Part shown: positions 49,481-58,892 of the stretch, piece by piece
How positions within the stretch are numbered: position 1 is the first letter of the stretch
How the letters are laid out: each line of letters starts with the position of its first letter
From: Candidatus Marinacidobacterium sp.
GTDB lineage: Bacteria > Acidobacteriota > Vicinamibacteria > Marinacidobacterales > Marinacidobacteraceae
NCBI GenBank assembly: GCA_965204755.1
Contig: OZ242011.1
Span: 3,840,001-3,904,000, forward strand
Direction of reading: 5' to 3'
Length of the DNA: 64,000 nucleotides
Translations under genes and position numbers: made by a program
The notes under the pieces: model-generated
Database searches by the model: none
Told to the model about the DNA's origin: nothing
What the model saw: the letters and a program-made list of their open reading frames with translations, nothing else

Positions 49481-50110
49481 TCATTCCAGGAACGCCGTGG
49501 CCCCCGGCACCGGGCAGGCGATGGGGTTGCCGGCGGGATCCATGTAGATCGCCCCGGCCGGGGTGGCCGAGAAAGAGCGGACTCCGGTGCGCCCCACATC
49601 CGCGGGCTCGGAGTGGTAGCAGTAGTCGAGCACGCTGCCCGGGTCGCAGTGGGCCGGCCGGTTCGTGGCCTGCTGGCCGGCCGCGAAGGTTCGGTTGTAG
49701 CCGGTCTTGGTGTAGGGGCTGGTGCGGCCGAGGTCGCCGCCGAGGAACTCCGGGGCGGCCTGCGGGTAGCCGGGGATCCCGATGCCGGCGCAGTTGCCGC
49801 CGTTCCGGCAAAGGTTGACCAAGTCGGAGAAGAAGCCGCAGTTCGAGGCGGCGTAGGTCTGTTGCGCGGCGATCACGGCGCGGGAGTCGCCGATCGCCTG
49901 CGCCTCGTTCGCGGAGAGGCGCGCCCGCAGCAGTTGGGGGATGGCGATGCCGGCGATGACGCCGATGATGGCGATCACGATCAGCAACTCGATCAGCGTG
50001 AAGCCGGAGTCGCGCCGCGAGCCGGGGCGGACCGCCGGGGCGGCGGCCGCTCTGCGGGACGGGAGTCTCACGGGGGTCGGGAAACGGGTGGCCGCGAGGG
50101 CGGGAAACAT
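49481..50110 (-). CDS. pilA: Type IV pilin (probable major pilin)
   Basis: AGGAG RBS; SG|FTLIELLIVIAIIGVIAGIAIPQLLRARLSANE; Cys-rich globular domain; TGVRSF. Confidence 0.9.
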   Translation of the reverse strand: MFPALAATRFPTPVRLPSRRAAAAPAVRPGSRRDSGFTLIELLIVIAIIGVIAGIAIPQLLRARLSANEAQAIGDSRAVIAAQQTYAASNCGFFSDLVNLCRNGGNCAGIGIPGYPQAAPEFLGGDLGRTSPYTKTGYNRTFAAGQQATNRPAHCDPGSVLDYCYHSEPADVGRTGVRSFSATPAGAIYMDPAGNPIACPVPGATAFLE

Positions 50111-50178
50111 AAGGATACGCTCCTGACGAAGGCCGTTCGGGGGGTCGGGAAGGGGTTTCGGGGACGCGGTACCGCGCG

Positions 50179-50250
50179 TTTCGAGCGTCCGGATTCCGCG
50201 AGTCCGGGTTTCGGGCCGGGTTCCGGGCAGCCGGGCTTCGGGTGTCCGGG
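50179..50250. repeat. Five degenerate ~15-bp tandem units upstream of pilA
   Basis: Minus strand: CCCGGACACCCGAAG / CCCGGCTGCCCGGAA / CCCGGCCCGAAA / CCCGGACTCGCGGAA / TCCGGACGCTCGAAA. Confidence 0.55.
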
Positions 50251-50280
50251 CGGGAAGGTTCGCTCGGCGGGAGACGCGTT

Positions 50281-51444
50281 TCACGAGATGCGCCCCACCA
50301 GAGTCCAGATCGGCATGTACATCGCGATCACGATGGCGCCGATCGCGCCGCCGACGGTCAGGATGAGGAGCGGCTCGAGAAGCGGCAGCAGGGTCTTGGT
50401 GGTCCTCTGCACCTCGTCCTCGTAGAACCGGGCGACCTTCTCCAGCGAGGTGTCGAGTTCGCCCGTCCGCTCGCCCACTCCCACCATCTGGACGACCATC
50501 GAGGGGAAGAAGCCGCTCTGCTGGAGCGGGAGCGAGAGCGACGCGCCGGCCTCCACCCGCGAGCGGACGGTGGCCACCGCGCGGGCCAGGTGGCGGTTCC
50601 CCACCGCGCCGCGGGCGACCTCCAGCGCCTCCAGCACCGGGACGCCCGCGCCGGTCAGCGCGGCCAGCGTGCGGCAGAAACGGGCGACCCCCACCCGGAC
50701 CGCCAGCCGGCCGAAGAGCGGGACGGAGAGGACGAACCGGTCGAGCGCCGCGCCTCCGGTCTCGCTCCGCCGGATCCGGCGGAGGAGCCAGACGCCGGCG
50801 GCGAGGAGACCCGCCGCCGCGCCGGCCCAGAGCCCGACGGACTCGGAAGCGGAGATCACCACCCGGGTGGCCAGGGGCAGTTCCGCGTCCAGCCCCTCGT
50901 AGAGTTCGGTGAAGACCGGGACCACCCGCCACAGGATCACGGTCACCACCAGCGCCCCGACGGCGCCGACCACCGCCGGGTAGGCGAAGGCGCTCCGGAT
51001 CGTCTCGGCCACCTCCGCCGACTTCTCCAACTCGTCGGCGAGTTGCTCGAGACTCTGGTCGAGACGGCCTCCGGTCTCGCCGCTCGAGGTCATCGCCACC
51101 GCGAGCGGGCTGAAGATGTCCGGTTGACGGCTCATCGCCTGGGCGAGCGAACTGCCGGACTCCACCTCCTGGGCGAGCCGCGCCACCGCGGCGCGGAGAC
51201 GCGGGTCGTCCTGCTGGGCATGGAGCACGGAGAGGCTCTCGGCGAGCGGCAGCCCGGCCCCGACCATCACCGCGAATTGCCGGGTGAGCACCGCCGTGCG
51301 CCGCCGGCTCACCGGGAGCAGGTTCGCCGCGGCGGCCCGGAGCCGGGAGGCCCGCCCCGGAGCGCTCCCGCCGCCGCCCTCCACCCCGCCGCCGGGGCCG
51401 CCGGCCGCCCGGGGCCGCTCCCGGCCCGGCCCCCGCCGAATCAC
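50281..51444 (-). CDS. pilC: Type IV pilus platform protein (T2SS F family)
   Basis: TRQFAVMV.AGLPL, GE.GG.LD, A.AYP, RFCRTL..L..AGVP, GERTGELD, LEP. Confidence 0.93.
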   Translation of the reverse strand: MIRRGPGRERPRAAGGPGGGVEGGGGSAPGRASRLRAAAANLLPVSRRRTAVLTRQFAVMVGAGLPLAESLSVLHAQQDDPRLRAAVARLAQEVESGSSLAQAMSRQPDIFSPLAVAMTSSGETGGRLDQSLEQLADELEKSAEVAETIRSAFAYPAVVGAVGALVVTVILWRVVPVFTELYEGLDAELPLATRVVISASESVGLWAGAAAGLLAAGVWLLRRIRRSETGGAALDRFVLSVPLFGRLAVRVGVARFCRTLAALTGAGVPVLEALEVARGAVGNRHLARAVATVRSRVEAGASLSLPLQQSGFFPSMVVQMVGVGERTGELDTSLEKVARFYEDEVQRTTKTLLPLLEPLLILTVGGAIGAIVIAMYMPIWTLVGRIS

Positions 51445-52634
51445 AGGGTGCCCCGCCCGTTGGAGACGGACTGCAGGTTGTGGTCGAGTTGCTCCGGATC
51501 GTTCGAGACGGCGAGCGCCGCCTCCCGGGTGATCAGGGCGCGGCGGCAGAGCCCGGCCAGCGACTCGTTCAGCGAGATGCACGAGCCCTGCCGGGCGGCG
51601 GCGTCCATCACCGCGAACAACTGGTGCAACTTGTCCTCGCGGATGAGGTTCCGGGCCGCCGGGGTCGGCGCGAGTTTCTCGACGGCGAGCACCCTCCCCT
51701 TCCCGCCGGCCAGCGGTACGAGCCGCTGGCAGTAGATCGCCTCGAGCGAGGCGGCGAGCCGGACGCGGGTCTGCCGGTGCTGCTCGGCCGGGAACATCTC
51801 GACGATCCGCGTGAGCGCGTGGGTCACGGAGCGCGCGTGGATGGTGGCGAGGGCCAGGTGTCCCGTCTCGGTTACCCGCAGCGCGGCGTCCGTGGTCTCC
51901 CGGTCGCGGATCTCGCCGATGACCACCACATCCGGGTCGGAGCGCAGCACCGAGCGGAGCGCCGTGTGGAACGAGGCCGTGTCGCTCCCCACCTGGCGCT
52001 GGGTGATCAGCGCCTGACGCGCCTCGTGGACGACTTCGATGGGGTCCTCGATGGTGACCACATGCACCGGACGCGTCTTGTTGATCCGATCCACGATCGC
52101 GGCGAGCGTCGTGGACTTGCCGGACCCCACCGGGCCGGAAGTGAGCACCAGCCCGGAGGCGAGCCGGGAAAGCCCCTCCGCGCCGAACGGAAGTCCCAGC
52201 GCGTCGAGCGAACTGGCCTTGTCGCCGATCAACCGGTACACGGCCCCCAGCGCGCCCCGCCGGAGGAACGCGCTCACCCGGAACCGGCCGACATCCTCCA
52301 GGGTGAAGCCGAAATCCGGCTCCCCTCCGGCGCGGGCGTCGGTGAGGCAGTGCGCCGGCGTCTGCGCGGCGACCATGGCTTCCACCGCCGCCGCGGAGAG
52401 CGGCTCGTGGCCGATCGAGGTCAGTCGGCCGTCGATCCGGAACCGGGGCGGCTCGCCGGGGGTGAGGTGGAGGTCGCTGCCCCCGCGCCGAACGAGTTCT
52501 TGCAGGATCTCGCCGAGAGCGGCGGACGGGTCGTCGGGAAAGGAGCCGGCGGCGGCCGGGGGGCCGTCTCCCGGCGGCGGGGGACTCCCGTCCTCCAGGG
52601 CGGCGAGGGCATCGGGCGTGGTCACGGGCGGCAT
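51441..52634 (-). CDS. pilT: Type IV pilus retraction ATPase
   Basis: GSDLHL, GPVGSGKSTTLA, TIEDPIE, LR.DPDV..IGEIRD, ETGHL..AT.H, AARNLIRE. Confidence 0.93.
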   Translation of the reverse strand: MPPVTTPDALAALEDGSPPPPGDGPPAAAGSFPDDPSAALGEILQELVRRGGSDLHLTPGEPPRFRIDGRLTSIGHEPLSAAAVEAMVAAQTPAHCLTDARAGGEPDFGFTLEDVGRFRVSAFLRRGALGAVYRLIGDKASSLDALGLPFGAEGLSRLASGLVLTSGPVGSGKSTTLAAIVDRINKTRPVHVVTIEDPIEVVHEARQALITQRQVGSDTASFHTALRSVLRSDPDVVVIGEIRDRETTDAALRVTETGHLALATIHARSVTHALTRIVEMFPAEQHRQTRVRLAASLEAIYCQRLVPLAGGKGRVLAVEKLAPTPAARNLIREDKLHQLFAVMDAAARQGSCISLNESLAGLCRRALITREAALAVSNDPEQLDHNLQSVSNGRGTL

Positions 52635-52643
52635 CGCGGGTAG

Positions 52644-54596
<1,953 letters not shown>

Positions 54597-54622
54597 GCCG
54601 GCCGGGCCCGCCTCTCGACCCG

Positions 54623-55159
54623 GTGGGCGGCGGCCCGGCGGACCCGGTCTCCCGGATCGAGGGGCTCCTCCTCGATGTGGACGGGGTGCTCACCGACGGC
54701 GGCTTCGAGCCCGGGAACGAGGCCGCCGGGATCCCGGAGCGGAAGAGGTTCCACTCCCGGGACGGTCTCGGCTTGGTCATGGCCAAGCGAAGCGGCCTCC
54801 GGGTCGGGTTCATCACCGGCCGGGCCTCCGGCGTCGTCCGCGACCGGGCGGCCGAACTCGACCTGGACTTCCTGCGCGAAGGCTGCTTCCGGAAAGGGCC
54901 GGCGTTCGAGGACGCGTGCCGCGAATGGGGCCTCGCGCCCGAACGGGTCGCGTTCGTCGGGGACGATGTCCAGGACCTGCCGGCGATGCGCCGCGCCGGG
55001 TTCTCCGCCGCCCCGGCGGACGCCCATCCGCTGGTGAGGAAGGAGGCGGACCTCGTGTCCGCGTCTCCCGGCGGCCGGGGCGCAGTCCGGGAAGTCGTGG
55101 AGCGGATCCTCGCCGCCCGAGGCGCGCTGGACACGGCGATCGCCTCTTTCGGCGCCTGA
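54623..55159 (+). CDS. kdsC: KDO-8-phosphate phosphatase-like HAD hydrolase
   Basis: LLDVDGVLTDG, KRF..RDG.G, ITGR, FVGDDVQD, GGRGAVRE; start GTG 54623 or CTG 54593. Confidence 0.88.
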   Translation: MGGGPADPVSRIEGLLLDVDGVLTDGGFEPGNEAAGIPERKRFHSRDGLGLVMAKRSGLRVGFITGRASGVVRDRAAELDLDFLREGCFRKGPAFEDACREWGLAPERVAFVGDDVQDLPAMRRAGFSAAPADAHPLVRKEADLVSASPGGRGAVREVVERILAARGALDTAIASFGA

Positions 55160-55194
55160 CTCCCGCCGACGCGGCGCCACGCTGATCTCTTCGA

Positions 55195-55335
55195 CAAGGG
55201 CCGCCGCCAATTCGGCATCGCCAGCCGGCGTGAGGGATGCTTGGCAAGCCCAACACGAGGGACTCGGTGGCGCCCACCGAGCGGCGGGGTTCGGAGCCCG
55301 CCGGGCGGCCCCGCGGGACTACCGGGCGCAGTCCC
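55195..55335 (-). ncRNA. Candidate structured RNA, copy B
   Basis: Direct repeat of 55754-55895; differences fall in loops, G-U wobbles or stem-length changes. Confidence 0.65.
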
Positions 55336-55394
55336 TCCGGCGGGGAGATCGCGCCGACGAGCCCCCTCACCCGGGCCTCCTCGATGAGCCGTTG

Positions 55395-55515
55395 ACGCGA
55401 ACTCGAACGAGTCGAGGAACACGCGCTGGCCGTCGAGACCGGTCCCGGCGCGCTCGGCCGCGCGCAGCCCCACCTCGTTCAGGCGCGGGGTGCGCCCCCC
55501 ACTGCCGGCCCTGCG
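55395..55515 (-). pseudogene. 3' remnant of a paralog of the 55899-56540 gene
   Basis: LRAAERAGTGLDGQRVFLDSFEF aligns with LRAMIEQADTGVGNQKVFYDSFGF. Confidence 0.75.
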
Positions 55516-55744
55516 CTAACAGCCCGAGGAGAGAGTCCGGAGAGCCCCCGTCGGCGCGAAGCGCCGACCGGGGAGGGTGGCGGGGAGGGGGTGGACCCCT
55601 CCCCGCGATAGATGGCGGGGGGAATCGCGCAGCGATTCGCGCCGCCGGCCCGTGGGAAGAGCGCCCCGCCGCGAAACGGAATGCGGACTTGGCGCCCTCG
55701 CGTCGAGGAGTGGACGGCGGGGCGCTTTTTCCACGGGCTGCTAA
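55516..55744 (-). mobile_element. MITE copy 2 (221-bp core 55520-55740 plus CTAA/TTAG duplication)
   Basis: ctaa|cagcccgaggagagag ... ctttttccacgggctg|ctaa; reverse complement of copy 1. Confidence 0.88.
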
Positions 55745-55753
55745 GTTACGGCT

Positions 55754-55895
55754 CAAGGGCCGCTTCCAATTCTGTCATCGCCCCAAGGCGTGAGGGATGC
55801 CTGGCAAGCCCAACACGAGGGACTCGGCGCCGAGCCGAGGGCGGAGTTCGGAGCCCGCCGAACGGCGGCCCCAAGGGACTACCAGGCGCAGTCCC
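55754..55895 (-). ncRNA. Candidate structured RNA, copy A, starting 3 nt after the nuclease stop
   Basis: Hairpin GGGACTGC/GTAGTCCC, then closing stem GGGCCGC/GCGGCCC enclosing several hairpins. Confidence 0.65.
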
Positions 55896-55898
55896 GCC

Positions 55899-56540
55899 TC
55901 ACTCGAACCCGAACGAGTCGTAGAACACCTTCTGGTTGCCGACGCCGGTGTCGGCCTGCTCGATCATGGCTCTGAGTTGTGGTCTTCCGCGACCGAGTCG
56001 GTGGAAGGAGATCAGCGCTGCCCTCGCGGCGTCGTCCGGGTATCGGCCTACCACGACGTTGTAGTAGATCCCGGCCTCTTCCGAAACCAAGTTCAGCCGA
56101 AGACCCAGCCGCTCCGCCGTGAGGGGCGGCCATGCCGGCCGGAGGCGCATGACGAGACGGGGTCGCTCGATGAAGTCGGGGAGGAGCCGATACTCGCGGA
56201 AGGTGAGTCGGCGGCCTTGGTAGCGGGGCGATCCATCCGGTCTCGTCTTCTCCCACTCCCCCTTCTGCTTGTGCACGATGTGTTCGGGGAGGTGCACCAA
56301 GTGGGTTTCGGCCCCCAGCCGCGCTTGGTTCTCGCGGTCCAGGATGCCGATCGGCAGGTCTCCGCGCGGGGCCTCGAGGAAGCGGTCGAGGATCGCGCTC
56401 GCGATGACGGCGCGGACGACCTTGCGGGCGTAGTCGCGGTCGGCCCCGCGGAGTTCCCGGTTCAGGTCCTCCAACGAGAACCCGCCCCGGTTCCCTGCCG
56501 CGTTCGAAACCCCGGACGGCGCGCCCCCTTCCGCCGCCAT
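55899..56540 (-). CDS. Stand-alone BECR-fold (PBECR2-like) putative ribonuclease
   Basis: RFL..P.G.LPIGILD....RLGA.T..V.L....V.KQ....LT..EY..LP..I..P....Y..VV.....LISFHR pattern resembles the MuF-associated PBECR2 domain (recognised by eye). Confidence 0.65.
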   Translation of the reverse strand: MAAEGGAPSGVSNAAGNRGGFSLEDLNRELRGADRDYARKVVRAVIASAILDRFLEAPRGDLPIGILDRENQARLGAETHLVHLPEHIVHKQKGEWEKTRPDGSPRYQGRRLTFREYRLLPDFIERPRLVMRLRPAWPPLTAERLGLRLNLVSEEAGIYYNVVVGRYPDDAARAALISFHRLGRGRPQLRAMIEQADTGVGNQKVFYDSFGFE

Positions 56541-56580
56541 CGGAACTTCGCCGGTTCCGACGGCGGGCCCGGCCCCCGGG

Positions 56581-57252
56581 TCAGTCCGGTCGGTCGGTGG
56601 GCGGCGGCCCCGAACGGCGGCTCGAGGCCGCTGACGGAGAGGATTCCGTCGCGGCCGCCTCTTCGAGGAGGGTGCGGGCGAGCGCGAAAGCGGCCTCCTG
56701 CGTTTCCGCGAGCGTTCCCGAAGCGTCCACCAGCCGATCCGCGCGGCGGGCCTTCTCCAAGGGGGACATCTGCGCCGCGATCCGCACCGCCGCTTCCTCG
56801 GCGGTCATCCCCGAACGCGCGCGGAGCCGCTCCCGCTGCTGCTCGGGACGGCAGACGACCGCCACCACCGAGTCGTAGAGGGCGGCGCTGCCGGTCTCGA
56901 TCATGAGCGCCGCCTCGACCCCCGCGGCGGTCCGCCCTTCGCTCTCGGCCCGGTCGAGGAATTCGCCGATCTCCTTCCGGATGCGGGGATGGACGATGCC
57001 GTTCAACCGGTTCCGCTCGTCCTCGTCGGCGAAGACGCGGCCGCCGAGCCGCCGCCGGTCTATCCCCCCGTCGCCGCCGCGCATCTCTTCCCCGAAGGCG
57101 GCGAGGACCTCCCCGACCAGCGCTCCTTCGGGGCCGAGCAGGGCGTGGGCGAGCGCGTCGGCGTCCAGCATCGGGATTCCGGCCCTCTCGAAGACCCCCC
57201 GGACCACGCTCTTGCCCGAGGCGATGCCGCCGGTGAGCCCGATCCGGAGCAT
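56581..57252 (-). CDS. coaE: Dephospho-CoA kinase
   Basis: IGLTGGIASGKS, DAD, IDRRRLG.RVF, LNGIVHP, RIAAQM. Confidence 0.96.
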   Translation of the reverse strand: MLRIGLTGGIASGKSVVRGVFERAGIPMLDADALAHALLGPEGALVGEVLAAFGEEMRGGDGGIDRRRLGGRVFADEDERNRLNGIVHPRIRKEIGEFLDRAESEGRTAAGVEAALMIETGSAALYDSVVAVVCRPEQQRERLRARSGMTAEEAAVRIAAQMSPLEKARRADRLVDASGTLAETQEAAFALARTLLEEAAATESSPSAASSRRSGPPPTDRPD

Positions 57253-57297
57253 CCCGGTGGCCGGCGGGAACGGTGCGGCCGCGGCGGTCCGCCGCCG

Positions 57298-58224
57298 TCA
57301 GCCGCCGCCCGCCCGGCGGGCTTCGGCGAGGGCCACCGTGTTGTCGAGCAGCATGGCGATCGTGAGCGGGCCGACGCCTCCCGGCACCGGGGTGTAGGCC
57401 GAGGCCCTCTCCCGCATGGCGAGCGGATGGACATCCCCGACCAGGGTGTAGCCGTTCTTGCGGAACCGGGCGAGCCGCTTCTCGTCGTCCCCGAAGCACC
57501 GGCGGACTTCCGCTTCGCTCTCCGCCCGGTTCATCCCGATGTCCACCACCACCGCGCCCGGCCGGATCGCCGCCGGGCCGAGCAGCGCCGGGCGCCCGAC
57601 CGCCGCGAAGAGGAGGTCCGCCTCCGCGCAGACGGCGTCGAGGTCCGCCGTGCGGGAATGGCAGATGGTCACGGTGGCGTGGGCGTGGAGGAGCAGCATC
57701 GCCAGCGGCTTGCCCACGATGTCGCTGCGTCCGACGACGACCGCCCGCCGGCCGCGCGCCTCGATCCCCTCCCGGCGGAACATCTCCATGACGCCGGCGG
57801 GGGTGCACGGGCGCGGCCCCGGCGCGCCCGCCGAAAGGCGCCCCACATTCACCGGGTGGAAGCCGTCCACATCCTTGTCCGGGCGGATCCGGGGCAGGAA
57901 CCGGCCGGCGTCGAGCCCCGGCGGCAGCGGAAGTTGCAGGAGGACCGCGTCCACCCGGTCGTCTTCGTTCAGCCGGTCGAGCAGGGCTTCGAGGTCGGCG
58001 GCGGCGGTGTCCGCCGGCAGTTCGCGCGCCTCGGAGCGAATCCCCGCCTCCCGGCAGGCGCGTACCTTGCCCCGCACATAGATCGCCGACGCCGGATCGT
58101 CGCCCACGAGCACCACGCTGAGACCGGGGGGGCGGCCCCCGGCGGCGAACGCCTCCGCCTTCCGGGCCGCCGCCGCCCGGATCTCCGCTCCGAGCCGTTT
58201 CCCGTCGAGGACGCGCGCCGCCAC
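57298..58224 (-). CDS. folD: Methylenetetrahydrofolate dehydrogenase/cyclohydrolase
   Basis: VLVGDDPAS..YV..K, KDVDGFHP.N, PCTPAG, GRSDIVGKP, TPVPGGVGPLTIAML. Confidence 0.97.
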   Translation of the reverse strand: MAARVLDGKRLGAEIRAAAARKAEAFAAGGRPPGLSVVLVGDDPASAIYVRGKVRACREAGIRSEARELPADTAAADLEALLDRLNEDDRVDAVLLQLPLPPGLDAGRFLPRIRPDKDVDGFHPVNVGRLSAGAPGPRPCTPAGVMEMFRREGIEARGRRAVVVGRSDIVGKPLAMLLLHAHATVTICHSRTADLDAVCAEADLLFAAVGRPALLGPAAIRPGAVVVDIGMNRAESEAEVRRCFGDDEKRLARFRKNGYTLVGDVHPLAMRERASAYTPVPGGVGPLTIAMLLDNTVALAEARRAGGG

Positions 58225-58235
58225 GGTCCCGATCC

Positions 58236-58892
58236 TCAGCGAACCGGCGCCGCCCGGTCGGGCCCCGCGGCGCGGAGGAGGGCGGCCGCCGCTTCCTCCA
58301 CCTCCGCGGGCGAACTCCCGCCGAGGGCGGACACGGCGGCGACCGCGTCCGCTCCCGCGTCGAGCACGCCGCGGATCCGCTCCGGCCCGATCCCGCCGAT
58401 CGCCACCAGCGGGCGCGCGGTGGCCCGCCGCGCCCCGGCCACTCCGGCGAGCCCGACCGTCGGACGGGCGTCGGGTTTGCTCGCGGTCTCGAACACCGGG
58501 CCGATGGCGATGTAGTCGCAGGGTTCGGCGTCGGCGGCGCGCGCCTCGTCCTCCCCGTGGGTCGAGAGGCCGACGATCGCCCGGTCGCCGAGCGCGGCCC
58601 GCGCGGTCCGGCAGGGGAAGTCGTCCTGCCCGAGGTGGACCCCGTCGGCCTCCGCGAGCAGCGCGGTCTCCACCCGGTCGTTCACGATCACCGAGAGGCC
58701 GACGGCGCGCGCCGCCCGGACGCCGGCCCGCGCCCAGGCCAGGAACTCGCGCGGCCCCATTTCCTTCGCGCGCAACTGCGCGACCCGGACGCCGGCAGCG
58801 GCGAAGGCGCCGAGGATCGGCCCGGGGTCGCCTCCGCCGAACTCGCCGGCGTCGAGCACCGGGTAGAGCGGACTCCCGAAGTCCACGGTCAC
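58236..58892 (-). CDS. thiE: Thiamine-phosphate synthase
   Basis: QLRAK, IVNDR, GVHLGQDD, GLSTH, GPVFETASK, VAIGGI. Confidence 0.95.
   Translation of the reverse strand: MTVDFGSPLYPVLDAGEFGGGDPGPILGAFAAAGVRVAQLRAKEMGPREFLAWARAGVRAARAVGLSVIVNDRVETALLAEADGVHLGQDDFPCRTARAALGDRAIVGLSTHGEDEARAADAEPCDYIAIGPVFETASKPDARPTVGLAGVAGARRATARPLVAIGGIGPERIRGVLDAGADAVAAVSALGGSSPAEVEEAAAALLRAAGPDRAAPVR

Noticed and set aside
55195-55895. CRISPR array, tRNA or HDV-like ribozyme as explanation for the duplicated element
   Set aside because: Only two ~140-nt units with no repeat-spacer periodicity. The plus-strand GTTCG loop lacks a canonical cloverleaf. The HDV-like P3/P1 pairings could not be built around TCCCTCGTG
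55899-56540. Prophage remnant because of MuF-toxin similarity
   Set aside because: No MuF domain, integrase or phage structural genes nearby
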